Source of the DNA: an uncultured Acidimicrobiia bacterium
Lineage (GTDB): Bacteria > Acidobacteriota > Terriglobia > Versatilivoradales > Versatilivoraceae
Reading direction: 5' to 3'
Assembly (NCBI GenBank): GCA_963786955.1
Contig: CAWBAT010000006.1
Span: 256,001 to 320,000 of the forward strand
DNA length: 64,000 nt
Shown: piece by piece, positions 22,842-34,097 of the stretch
Numbering within the stretch: position 1 is the first letter of the stretch
Layout of the letters: the number at the start of each line of letters is the position of its first letter
The notes under the pieces: model-generated
What the model saw: only the letters and a program-made list of their open reading frames with translations
The model's database searches: none
Told to the model about the DNA's origin: nothing
Translations under genes and position numbers: made by a program

Positions 22842-25800
22842 ATGAGACCCTCTGAACTCTACAAAAGAATTTGGGTGTTCGAGATTGCCGTGTGGATCCT
22901 CGGTATTCTCGGGGCCACACTGGCCGGCCTCGCGATGGCTCAATCGCATCTTAAAGAGCACCCGATCAATCCATCCCACGGTCTCGTCAAGGGGGGCCGC
23001 TCGTCATTCACAAGCGGAGAACAGTTCTCAAATGAACTTGAGGACGCTGCGAGAGTCAGAGGGCAGGCGACCATCAGTCGCCTGCCTCTGGCATTTGAAC
23101 CCAATCGTGGTCAAGCACCGCGAGATGTGAAATTTCTCTCTCGTTCTCAGGATGCGGTTGTCATTTTAACTGCAACGGATGCCATCATCCGGCGGCCGGA
23201 TTTAGAATTTGGACCCGCAGCCCCGAGCCAAGTTGCAAGTCATCACAAATCGATTCGCCAAGCCGCTCACTTCTCAGATCTCAGAATGCATCTGGTGGAG
23301 GGTAATCCTGCCTCCACGGCTTCTGGCGAATCTCCTTTGACCAGCAAGTCGAATTACCTGAAAGGGGGAGACTCCAGAAATTGGGTCACTAACTTGCCAA
23401 ACTTCTCGCGAGTCAGATTTCAAGATGTCTATCCTGGAATCGGTCTCACTTATTATGGTAGCCGTCAGCAACTGGAGTACGACTTTGTGGTCGAGCCTGG
23501 TGCCAATCCCGATCGAATTGAAATAGACTTCGCAGAAGGTAATGGAACCAGCCAACATCCGGCCATCAGCCTGGATGAGACTGGAAACCTCTTACTGCAA
23601 GCATCATCAGGAGAGATTCGACTGGCGAAACCTGTGGCATATCAGACCCTATCCGGTGCCCGTCAGGAAGTGACTTGTAACTTTCGCCTTACCGCGGAGC
23701 GGACACTCAAATTCATTCTCGGAAACTATGACACCGCTCACACCCTGATTATTGACCCGGTTATATCTTATTCGGTAGTAGGGATCGGTGGCTCTGCAAT
23801 TGCGGTAGATCGCCAGGGGTATGCCTACGTGACGGGAATTGCAAACCCCGCCTTTTTGCCTTCTGCCGGCGCATTTCAGAAGAGCCCTGGAGGAGGCACC
23901 TGTTTCAGTGGCCCAAATATCGTCCCCTGCCCTGATATTCTTGTTGCCAAGTTGAACCCCTCTGGTACCGAGCTCGTATACTCTACTTTCCTGGGCGGCA
24001 GTGGTTCGGATTATAGCTATGGAATTGCCGTAGATGATGCTGGAAATGCCTATATAACGGGTTCAACGAATTCCTTGGATTTCTCTACGACTCCTTCCGC
24101 TTATCAAACCCAGCACAGCGGAGAAATCTGCGGCCAGGCACAGCTGAATATTCCTTGTAACAATGCCTATGTCACCAAGCTCAATGCAGATGGGACTGGA
24201 TTGGTTTATTCCACTTATCTTCAAGGCAGTCAAGGGGGACAAGTCGGCAACGGGATTGCCATTATTCCGTCTGGAGAAGCCTTTGTGACCGGAGACCGCG
24301 AGGAGGGTGGATTTGTCGCAGAACTGGGTCCAACTGGCTCGACACTCAAATTCAGTGTATCCGGGGTTGGGGGTTCGGCAATTGCAGTGGACGGCAAAGG
24401 AAACACGTATGTTACTGGACGCAAAGGACGAGATTCCTTCGTGACCAAATTATCCGCCCAAACTAGCCTTATCGATTACTCATTTAGGCTGGGTGGCACT
24501 TTTGTTCCTTATTCGGCTCCTCCCGAAGAAGTTGAAGCGCTCACAGGCATTGCTCTTGACAAGTCTGGGAATGCCTATGTGACCGGATACACCGCTTATC
24601 AGGATTTCCCGACGACATCCAATGCCGCGTTTCCCAAAGCCCCTGGCGCCGGCCCTTGCGGCAACTCCTTGTGCCGCGACGCATTCATTTCCAAACTGAA
24701 CGCTTCCGGATCAGCTTTAGTCTATTCCACGTATTTGGGAGGCAGTTCTGTCGATTACGCCAACGGAATTGCCATTGACTCATCGGGGAGTGCCTACGTG
24801 ACGGGGGTCACCCGTTCCAGCTGATTTTCCGGTCACCTCCAGTCAGACACCCCCAAAAAGTGGGGGGATCTTTATCTCTAAATTAAACGCAGCCGGGGCG
24901 GGCCTGGAATATTCAATTACTCTGGGGGACATCAACTCGAGTGACAGTGGGAACTCCATTGCTCTCGATTCGTTAAAGAATGCTTTCGTGACCGGAAATG
25001 CGAGTGCCTTCCCAACCTCTCCCGGAGCCTATACACCCCCGGTTGGGCGCAATGATTCGTTTGTTGCGAAAATTTTCGATAGCCTTACCCTCTTCGTACC
25101 CATCGTCATCTCAGCCAACGGATTAAATAATTCCTTTTTCACTTCGGAACTAACAATGGCTAACCGTTCGGCTCATGATGTGACTCTGGAATTTACCTAC
25201 ACGGCCGCGATTGGTGGAGGAAGTGGCCGAGCAACGGATAAGATCCAGGCAGGTCATCAGGAAATTTTTCCAGATGCTATTTCCTACTTGAAATCGATGG
25301 GAATCCCCATCCCCGATTCAGGCAGCAGGGGCGGGACTTTAGCCGTCAAGTTTAACGGGTTGTCTTCTGCTAGTGAAGGAGCGGTGAGTGTACGCACGTC
25401 AACAGCCGTCAGCAACGGTCGGGCCGGCCTTGCTTATTCCGGAGTTCCCGCGGGATTTAGCAGCCCTGTTTATTTGTGTGGTTTGCGCCAAAATGCCTTC
25501 GATCGAACGAACTTGGCGATTCAGAATGCTGGTAAAGAGTCCGATGGTGACATCGCCTTGCGTTTGAGCGTTTTTCCTTCGGCACCAGACCCTCAAGCTC
25601 CATATGTTCTGCCTGAAGAAACCTTGGCTCCCGGGAACTTTAAGCAACTGAGCGGAATTTTACAGTCAAACGGTCTGAACCTTGAAAGCGGATATGTTCG
25701 TGTTGAACGAATACGGGGCAATGCACCCTTCTATACGTACGCCGTCATTAATGACCAAGCCAGTTCCGATGGTTCATTTGTCGCACCTGTAGACGAAAAC

Positions 25801-26544
25801 CTGATGTCCGGACGAAATGGCCTGACCTTGCCTGTTGTCGTTGAGACGAAAACTTTCACAACCGAGTTGAACCTCACCAACTTTTCGAAAACTGAAAAGA
25901 CTCTTCTATTGAGCTATGCGCCGGAAGGTCTTGAACCGCCTGGATCGACCGCAGACCTGGTCCTTATATTGCAGGCCCAATCACAGATAATCATTCCCAA
26001 TTTTGTGCAATGGATGAGGCAGGTCGGCGTCGTTTCACTATTGCCATTGAAAGATTCAAATTCCGGCCCTCTATTCGTGACAGTCCGCGGAAATGACGCC
26101 AGCGGTATCTTTGTCGGGGGACGGACCTCAAGCGTCGGAGGGGGCGGACGTTATGGAGTTTTTTACGCCGCAGTCCCATTTGGTGCTGCCACTGCAACCG
26201 AAACTTGGATTTATGCCTTACAGCAAAATGTTGAGAATCGTTCAAATCTCGGCATAGTTAACACAGGCGAAATCAATCAGGATCCCAGCCTGTTTCAAAT
26301 TGATGTTTTTGATGGAAAATCCGGTACCGTAGCCGCAACCATTAACAACATTTCTGTCGGATCAAAGAAATTATTCCAAATAAGTTCGATTCTCCAAGTT
26401 TATGCCCCCCAGCTCACACAAGGATATCTCCATATCAAAAAGCTCAAAGGAGCTAATCCATTCATTGCCTTTTCTGTAATCAACGATGGCGGTCAGCCCG
26501 GCGAACGCACCGGGGACGGGGCCTTCATCACGAGTTCACCTTGA
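22842..26544 (+). CDS. Secreted SBBP beta-propeller repeat protein with duplicated C-terminal domain, frameshift near 24820
   Basis: LPLAFEPNRGQ, YPGI..LEYDFVV.PGA, repeated GIAVD..GNAYVTG and YSTFLGG; C-terminal twin RTNLAI.N...INDQ / RSNLGI.N...INDG. Confidence 0.82.
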
Positions 26545-27083
26545 AACCCACGCCAGTCAAGACTTTCCATATCCTATTTTTCCAAAGGCCTTTGCTACCT
26601 TGAAGATTCCGGCCAGAGGAGCCTGAAAAGCCCACAGGTCCTAATTTTGGAGTTTGGTCCTGTGGAAATTCGAGGTCCAGTCAAGTTTTCCGCCGAGCGG
26701 TGGCCCGAATCCCGCGTCATTTTCACTATTTGGTATTTAATTCTTGTATTTACAATAATTTATGCGAGTCACAATTTTGTGTGCAATTTGCTCTTGGTTC
26801 AATAAAGACAATAATTTACATCCTTAACAGCCCACATTTTCACAGTTTTTTCCACAGAAGTTGTGGATTTTTGGGGAAGGAACTGGACTATGGAAAGCAG
26901 GATATTGAAACCATTTTTCTGTTTACCTGGGGAAAAGTACTCCAGCCTATGGTCGAATGGGTTTAGGCATTGGTTCTTGACTTAGAAATTGCCTGAAGGT
27001 AAATAATCAGAAGATTCCCTGAAAGCTCAGTGGAGCTAATTTGAAGCTCCCTCTGAAATTGCGGAGAAGAATCGGTAAGTTCA

Positions 27084-28941
27084 ATGAATCGTTCAAGTTT
27101 AATTCTGGGTGTTTCCGCTTATTACCATGATAGTGCTGCTTGCTTATTGCGAGACGGGCAGATTGTGGCAGCAGCCCAGGAAGAGCGCTTTAGCCGTAAA
27201 AAGCACGACCCACGCTTCCCGCGACATGCCGTGCAGTACTGTCTTCAAGAAGGGAATATAAGAATCGCGGACCTTGAATATATTGTTTTTTATGACAAGC
27301 CTCTCGTTAAGTTTGAACGCCTCTTGGAAACCTATTTGGCCTTTGCACCCCACGGAATACGGTCTTTCACTGCGGCGATGCCCATTTGGCTAAAGGAAAA
27401 GCTTTTCCTTAAGAAGCTACTCAGAACAGAACTCCTCGAGATTGATAAAGGCTTGAGCGAATCGACTCTTCCCCCACTGTTATTTACGGAGCATCATGAG
27501 TCGCATGCAGCCTCAGCGTTCTACCCTTCGCCATTCGAGAAGGCTGCAATACTTTGCGTTGATGGGGTAGGAGAATGGGCGACGACGACGGCTTGGGTGG
27601 GCGATGGGCAGAAGATCAAACCCTTATGGGACATCCATTTCCCTCATTCCTTAGGGCTTTTGTATTCTGCCTTTACTTATTTCACTGGCTTTAAAGTCAA
27701 TTCAGGTGAGTATAAATTGATGGGGCTTGCTCCTTATGGGGAACCCAAGTATGTGAAGGAAATTTACGAACACTTGATCGACCTTAAGCCGGATGGCACT
27801 TTTTGGCTCAACATGGATTTTTTTAATTATTGCACTGGTTTGACCATGACCAATGGCAGGTTTGACCGACTTTTTGGAGGCCCACCCCGGAAACCCGAAG
27901 CTTTGCTGACACAACGTGAAATGGATTTGGCCCGCTCCATTCAAGATGTCACTGAAGAGGTCATGCTCCGGTTGGCCCGAACTCTGCAGAACGAGACCGG
28001 GATGGAAAACCTGTGCATGGCTGGAGGGGTGGCCTTGAATTGTGTGGCCAACGGGAGAATCCTGCGGGAATCCCCTTACAAGAAGATCTGGATTCAGCCG
28101 GCTGCCGGAGACGCTGGAGGCGCTTTAGGAGCTGCGTTGGCTGCCTGGCATCAATATAAGAATGAGCCTAGGACCATACGTCCATCCCTGGACGGCATGC
28201 AGGGAAGTTACCTCGGACCGTCATTCTCTAATCAAGAGATTGAAGAGTTCCTAAACGAAGTCCAAGCTCCTTTTCTTCGGTTGAGCGAGGAGTCTATTTA
28301 CGATCAGATCACCAATGATCTGGCTGCTGAAAAAGTGGTGGGTTGGTTTCAAGGACGAATGGAATTCGGTCCGCGGGCCCTGGGGGCAAGGAGCATTATT
28401 GGAGATGCGCGGAGTTCCAAGATGCAGTCTGTCATGAACCTGAAGATCAAATTCCGAGAATCCTTTAGGCCCTTTGCCCCTTCGGTATTGCGAGAAAGAG
28501 TCTCGGACTATTTCGACTTGGACAGTGACAGCCCCTATATGATGTTGGTTGCTCCAATAGTCATGAACCGACGCACTCAGTTATCCGAGACAGAGAGAGC
28601 TCTTTGGGGAATTGATTTGCTCAATGTTCCCAAATCAGACTTACCCGCCGTAACCCACGTTGACTATTCCGCCCGCATTCAGACGGTGCATGCAGAGACA
28701 AATCCCCGCTATCACAAATTGATCAAGGCCTTCGAAGCCAAAACGGGTTGTGGTGTCATCGTGAATACGTCTTTTAATGTGCGGGGAGAACCCATGGTCT
28801 GCACGCCCTCAGGACGCTTATCGGTGCTTTATGCGGACGGAAATGGATGTTCTGGTTCTCGAAAACTGTGTGTTGAAGAAAGCCGATCAAAAGCCCCTCG
28901 CGAATGACACGAATTGGCAGAAGGAATTTGACTTGGATTGA
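27084..28941 (+). CDS. O-carbamoyltransferase, NodU/CmcH (SxtI-like), frameshift near 28810
   Basis: YYHDSAA, AQEERF, EHHESHAASA, DGVGEW, GEYKLMGLAPYG, GPRALGARS, KFRESFRPFAP, NTSFNVRGEP; the shifted frame continues DAYRCFMRTEMD..EFDLD*. Confidence 0.93.
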
Positions 28942-28942
28942 G

Positions 28943-29351
28943 ATGGAGAATCGAGTGCGGCAAGATACAAAACTCAAACCATTGCGTTCTTTCGGATTGT
29001 TAGTCGGTGGTGTTTTCGGCGCTCATGGCGGCCTGGCCCGTTTTGTTCCGTGGACAACCGCCTAGAACGTGGGCTATGGTTGCAGCAGCAGGTTTAGTTG
29101 TCCCGGCTCTGGTTCTGCCCAAAATCCTAGACCCGGTCTATCGAGTCTGGATGACTTTCGGGCATATCTTGGGTTCGATCAATACCCGAATTGTTTTGGG
29201 ATTGGTCTTTTTTCTTATTTTTACACCAGCAGGAATCTTGATGCGCCTCTGCGGCATGGACCCAATGCGCCTTCGTTTGAAAGGAAGTTCCAAAACGTAC
29301 CGAATTCCTCGAACGTCACGACCTGAATCCCACATGAAACAGCAATTTTGA
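28943..29351 (+). CDS. SxtJ-family membrane protein, frameshift near 29015
   Basis: LRSFGLLVGGVF start; WMTFGHILGSINTRIVLGLVFFLIFTP, DPMRL, HMKQQF. Confidence 0.85.
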
Positions 29352-29371
29352 GAGAGTCAGGAGGTCATCGG

Positions 29372-29524
29372 GTGTTTGAATTTGCCTTAGAGCTGTGGGC
29401 TTTCCTTAAAGAGCGAAAGAAATTTTGGCTGTTGCCCATTGTCGTCGTCCTCGTTCTATTCGGGACGCTTATGGTGCTCACTCAGGGCTCAGCTCTAGCC
29501 CCTTTTATCTATACATTGTTTTAG
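29372..29524 (+). CDS. SxtK/DUF5989-family 50-aa membrane peptide (not in the ORF track)
   Basis: Manual translation MFEFALELWAFLKERKKFWLLPIVVVLVLFGTLMVLTQGSALAPFIYTLF*; GGAGG RBS. Confidence 0.9.
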   Translation: MFEFALELWAFLKERKKFWLLPIVVVLVLFGTLMVLTQGSALAPFIYTLF

Positions 29525-29669
29525 ATTCCCCTGGGACCAAGCCCGCTGGGTGGCGCACATGTGGTTTTTGCATGTCTGCGTAAAATCTCATTAAATGGAC
29601 AGACCGTCTATAACAAGAAGACTCTAATCCCGCAAACTGGAGAATTCCCGACGTGACAACCCCTGACTT

Positions 29670-29822
29670 CTTAGTACTGTTTTTCATAAATACGGTGACA
29701 TTAACGCCGGGTCGGTGACCCGGCCTACAACTTTGTAGGCCGTTGAGACTTTCTCAAAGCCTCACCCCCACGCGGCGCCTATCCTAAGATTCGTCACCGT
29801 AATTACGAATAGCAGTACTAAG
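29670..29822. mobile_element. MITE-like element with 30-bp terminal inverted repeats enclosing a REP-like doublet
   Basis: Left CTTAGTACTGTTTTTCATAAATACGGTGAC matches the reverse complement of the right end at 26/30; internal GCCGGGTCGGTGACCCGGCCTACA. Confidence 0.7.
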
Positions 29823-30042
29823 CCTTCGGCTCGCGGACTCTTCCCAGGCATGCCAATGACACAGGTCTGTGCCTGCCGCCAAATGCAAAATACTGCACCC
29901 TCAACTTCTTACCTCGGAATGCATGCCTCATGTCAGTTTCAATTTCTTATGATAAAATGATTTTCGAATTGGGTTTATTGAGAACGAGATATAATAACTG
30001 CTTTGCGCCCGTAAGCTTTGATTGAAAAAGGGGAGATGGACC

Positions 30043-30615
30043 ATGAAGCGAATCCTATTGCTTGCTTTCTTGTTGCTCGGTGTCATCCATTTAAACTCAG
30101 TCTCGGGACAGGTCAAGAATCCTGTCCCCGGTCCGGATCAGCAGAGCATTGAAAAGATCGAAAAGGCAGGCGGGCACGTCATCGCGATTGCCCAGAATGA
30201 TAATCGTCTCGAGGTTGATTTTCACCTGCAGAGTTCCGACGTGACGGATCAGAGCCTGGTAAGCTTGGAAGGTCTCAAGAACATCTATTCTTTGAATCTC
30301 GGAAAAACTAAAATTACCGACGCAGGGCTCGCCCATATTGCAGGGTTAACTACCCTGAATCGACTGTATCTCCAAGAAACCAAGATTACTGATAAGGGTC
30401 TCGTCCACCTCAAAGGACTTCGGGATCTGGTCTACTTAAACCTCTACGGAACCGCAGTCACTGACCAGGGGCTGGTAAATCTGGCGGGTCTTTCAAACCT
30501 CAAGAATTTGTACGTCTGGCAAACCAAGGTCACGGAAGCCGGGATCGATAAACTCAAGAAATCACTTCCTGGTGTCAACGTCATTATAGGAACTGAACCC
30601 GAGCCTAAGAAGTAA
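30043..30615 (+). CDS. Secreted leucine-rich repeat protein
   Basis: Signal peptide; 24-aa repeats LNL..TKITD.GL.HL.GL..L. Confidence 0.88.
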   Translation: MKRILLLAFLLLGVIHLNSVSGQVKNPVPGPDQQSIEKIEKAGGHVIAIAQNDNRLEVDFHLQSSDVTDQSLVSLEGLKNIYSLNLGKTKITDAGLAHIAGLTTLNRLYLQETKITDKGLVHLKGLRDLVYLNLYGTAVTDQGLVNLAGLSNLKNLYVWQTKVTEAGIDKLKKSLPGVNVIIGTEPEPKK

Positions 30616-30650
30616 TCTCCCCCAGCCGGATTCATTGCGCCTCTCCCCCC

Positions 30651-30793
30651 GTGTGAAGAAATTCTGAATCCCTTGTAGGGAACGCTCGCCGTAGCGTTTC
30701 CCGTTATCATTAGGCACTGATTTCAAATGGCGTGGCGACTCAACGAGGAACGGAACGGCGTCCGTTCTCTACAAAGCAGCAATTTTTTCACAC
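30651..30793. mobile_element. MITE-like element with GTGTGAA termini enclosing a REP-like doublet
   Basis: GTGTGAAGAAATT ... AATTTTTTCACAC (12/13); inner TGTAGGGAACG ... CGTTCTCTACA. Confidence 0.6.
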
Positions 30794-30907
30794 TTTCGCT
30801 ATTAAAAACTTCGAAATCCGTAACCCGATCTTTCAATCTCTACCCTACAAATATCTGGAAAGTAGGCAGGGAAATGGAGTAAAAGAGAAGTTTTGCAAGG
30901 AGCCGTG

Positions 30908-33091
30908 ATGCAGAAACTGGATCGACGACATTTTCTGATCGGAATGAGCAGCGGGATAGCGGCATCACGAATGGTTGGCCTGGGAAGCTCTTCGTCCCCC
31001 ATCCTGTTCGCCGGACCCGAGTTGAAGGGCCCCTGGTATCAAAGGTCCTATCGGCGCAATGTGATCGACATGCACATCGCCGATTGGGATCAGAAATTCC
31101 TGTCGGAGTTTGATGCGAAAACATATGTTGATTTACTTCGCCTCGCGGGAGTCCAGTCTGCCGTCGTCTATGCCCATTCCCATGTCGGGCATTGTAACTT
31201 CCCGACCAAGGTAGGACATACCCACAACGGGATGCAGGGGAAGACGCACCTCCAAGATGTAATTACGCTGTGCCATCGAAACGGGATTGCTGTCCAGCTT
31301 TACTATAGCGTGATCTTCGATCGGTGGGCCTATGACAATCATCCTGACTGGCGGATCATTCTTGTAAACGGGAAACCAGCCGGAGAGACCGTGCGCCACG
31401 GTTTAAACTGCCCCAACTCTCCCTATCGAGATTATGTCGTGTCTTTGACGGAAGAAATGTGCCAGCAGTTGGACTTTGATGGGATTCGCTACGATATGAC
31501 GTTTTGGCCGAACGTCTGTTATTGCACGCACTGCCAAAAGCGATTTGCCGCCGAGGTGGGCGGAGAATTGCCGAAAATCATCCAGTGGGAAGATCCGCAC
31601 TGGGTCAGTTTTCAGCGTAAAAGGGAGGAATGGCTGCTGGATTTCGCACACCTGCTCACCCAGAAGGTTCGCAGCCTCAAACCCCAGGCCACCGTCGAAC
31701 ACCAGGCTTCGACATACCCCCAGAGCTGGCGGTTGGGGGTCACGTATGGTCTCACTAAGCAATGTGACTTCTTGCAGGGAGACTTCTATGGGGATGCCCT
31801 GCAAGGTTCCTTTGTGCGGAAGTTATTTTACAACCTCAGCGAAAATCAGCCTTATGGATTTGAAACCAGCGTCATGGTCAGTTTGCGGAATCATACGGCC
31901 AAGAAATCGAAAGACCTCCTGCGGACCAAGGCCTATGCTTGCCTGGCGGATGCCGGCGCCTTTGTCTTCATTGATGCCATCGATCCGGTCGGAACCCTGA
32001 ACCGCTCGGTTTATCAACGAATGGGGGAAATTTTTGGGGAGACCCGCGTCTATGAACAATACCTTGGGGGAGGAAAACTTTGTGAAGACGTTGCGGTTTA
32101 CTTAAGCACGGAATCCAAATTCGATTTTGCCGACAACGGAAAAGCGCCTGATGACCCCAAACTCTCCCCACGTTTACCCCACGTGGATGCAGCGCTCGGC
32201 GCCGTAAGAGCTCTGATCGACCAGCACATCCCTTATGGGGTGATCACGAAAAAGAATTTAGGAAGTCTGGCCCGTTACAAGATTCTCATTCTACCCAATG
32301 TCTTGATGATGGATCTCGAGGAAGTGGAGGCGATTCGCAACTACGTAAGATCCGGGGGGAGCCTTTACGCCAGCAAGTATACTTCTCTCACGACTAAAGA
32401 CGGCAGGAGACAAAAAGATTTTCTCTTGGCAGACGTGTTTGGATGTTCTTTTGTCGGAGAAACAGAAGAGAGCAAAACCTTCATCTCGCCATCGCCGGGG
32501 AAAGCGGCCGATTTGTTTGGTGGCTATACGTCCAAATATCCCGCCATGCTGGACGATGCCCAGCTCATTGTGAAAAGCACTGGGACGAGCCAGGTTCTCG
32601 CCACGTTGGTCCTCCCTTACACCAATCCCTCGGATACTTCGAAATTCGCCTCGATTCATAGCAACCCTCCTGGTATCCCGACCCACCACCCTGCAGTCCT
32701 CATGAACCAGTTCGGTAAAGGAAAAGTGATTTATGCGACAGGGGACATCGAAAACAACGAGATTGCCAGGGAAATTTTTATCCAATTACTGAAGCAGCTC
32801 TTCGATCGCTTTAAAGTTGAGGCAAATGCACCGGTCTCGGTCGAGGTGACTACTTTTGATCAGCCCGACAAGAAACGCTATCTGATCAGTTTGATCAATT
32901 TCCAGAAAGATTTGCCCAATATTCCGGTCGACAATATTAAACTGCGCGTCCGACTTGACGGCAAAGTGGCCAAACGCCTATTGCTTCTGCCCGAAGAGAA
33001 ACCTTTACCTTATGAGAAAAATCTCGACGTCGTGGAATTATCAGTGCCCCGATTGGAAACATTTCATATGCTTTCTCTCGAATACATGTGA
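30908..33091 (+). CDS. Tat-exported putative glycoside hydrolase (GH-like TIM barrel plus beta-galactosidase trimerisation-type domain)
   Basis: DRRHFL Tat motif; IDMHI, YAHSH.G, CPNSPY, DGIRYDM, CYCTHC, LILPNV..YVRSGG. Confidence 0.75.
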   Translation: MQKLDRRHFLIGMSSGIAASRMVGLGSSSSPILFAGPELKGPWYQRSYRRNVIDMHIADWDQKFLSEFDAKTYVDLLRLAGVQSAVVYAHSHVGHCNFPTKVGHTHNGMQGKTHLQDVITLCHRNGIAVQLYYSVIFDRWAYDNHPDWRIILVNGKPAGETVRHGLNCPNSPYRDYVVSLTEEMCQQLDFDGIRYDMTFWPNVCYCTHCQKRFAAEVGGELPKIIQWEDPHWVSFQRKREEWLLDFAHLLTQKVRSLKPQATVEHQASTYPQSWRLGVTYGLTKQCDFLQGDFYGDALQGSFVRKLFYNLSENQPYGFETSVMVSLRNHTAKKSKDLLRTKAYACLADAGAFVFIDAIDPVGTLNRSVYQRMGEIFGETRVYEQYLGGGKLCEDVAVYLSTESKFDFADNGKAPDDPKLSPRLPHVDAALGAVRALIDQHIPYGVITKKNLGSLARYKILILPNVLMMDLEEVEAIRNYVRSGGSLYASKYTSLTTKDGRRQKDFLLADVFGCSFVGETEESKTFISPSPGKAADLFGGYTSKYPAMLDDAQLIVKSTGTSQVLATLVLPYTNPSDTSKFASIHSNPPGIPTHHPAVLMNQFGKGKVIYATGDIENNEIAREIFIQLLKQLFDRFKVEANAPVSVEVTTFDQPDKKRYLISLINFQKDLPNIPVDNIKLRVRLDGKVAKRLLLLPEEKPLPYEKNLDVVELSVPRLETFHMLSLEYM

Positions 33092-33236
33092 ACATCCCAA
33101 TACCGACCTCCACGAGCCTAAGTCCCGGAGGCACTGAAGGGAACTTACTCTACCCTGCCAAAGCACGGAACTCGTTTTGCTGCAAAAACATTCAAACATA
33201 AAGACTTGACACCTCACTCTTTGGAAAGGATCTTCA

Positions 33237-33983
33237 ATGCCAAAACCGCTTCTCACAAAAGAACAACTCAGCATCCTGCAGCAAGTGGATTCACCCACGA
33301 TTGCCAACGTGATTGAACTCTTTGACATTCGATCCCGAGTCGCAGGGTATGCAAATCAATCGATCAAAGCCGTCTATCCTGAGCTTCCGCCTGCCGTGGG
33401 TTACGCCGTCACAGCGACATTTCGCTCTGCTTACCCGGCTGAAGGGGGTGATTCCTATGGGGGCCTGCCCCAGCTCGTTGAGGACTCCATGCGAATTGCG
33501 GAACCACGAATTGTTGTTTTCCAGGATTTGGATGAACCTCCGAGTGCTGCTACCTATGGCGAGGTGATGGCCACCACCTTTCAGAGTTTCGGCTTTGCGG
33601 GACTGATTACGAGCGGAGCAGCCCGAGATATTGAACAAGTGAGAAAAATGCGCTTCCCCTGCTGGGCTTCGTCCGTCAATGTTTCCCATGGATACTGTCA
33701 TTTCCTCTCCAGCAATGTACCGGTCATCGTCGGTGGGTTGCAAATTAAACCCGGTGATCTTTTGCATGCTGACGCAAATGGGATTGTGAATATTCCGCAT
33801 TCTATAGCGGAAGTAGTTGTCGAACTCTGTCATCCTTTCATGGAAGCTGAGCAGGTCGTAATCGATTACCTCCGCTCAGGCAACGCAACCCCAAAAGGAT
33901 TTCGTCAATTAATTGATTCCATGTCTAAGAGCTTCGGCGAATTGAGGGAGAGAGCCCAGCGAGTTAAGAAAGCCACGTCGTAA
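33237..33983 (+). CDS. RraA / HMG-aldolase family protein
   Basis: DSPTIANVIE, VGYAVTA, GEVM, GLITSGAARD, PGDLLHADANG. Confidence 0.85.
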   Translation: MPKPLLTKEQLSILQQVDSPTIANVIELFDIRSRVAGYANQSIKAVYPELPPAVGYAVTATFRSAYPAEGGDSYGGLPQLVEDSMRIAEPRIVVFQDLDEPPSAATYGEVMATTFQSFGFAGLITSGAARDIEQVRKMRFPCWASSVNVSHGYCHFLSSNVPVIVGGLQIKPGDLLHADANGIVNIPHSIAEVVVELCHPFMEAEQVVIDYLRSGNATPKGFRQLIDSMSKSFGELRERAQRVKKATS

Positions 33984-34097
33984 GACAATCAACAGGGGAA
34001 AACTATGGGAAGTCATTTTCTATGGGGTCGTGGAAAAGGTATTCCACTACCCGGCAACCGAGATCAATGTTGACAACATAAGAGGTTGATTTCCCGG

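Noticed and set aside
27084-29524. Saxitoxin biosynthesis cluster
   Set aside because: Only sxtIJK-like genes are present, with no sxtA, sxtG or other core genes in the window.
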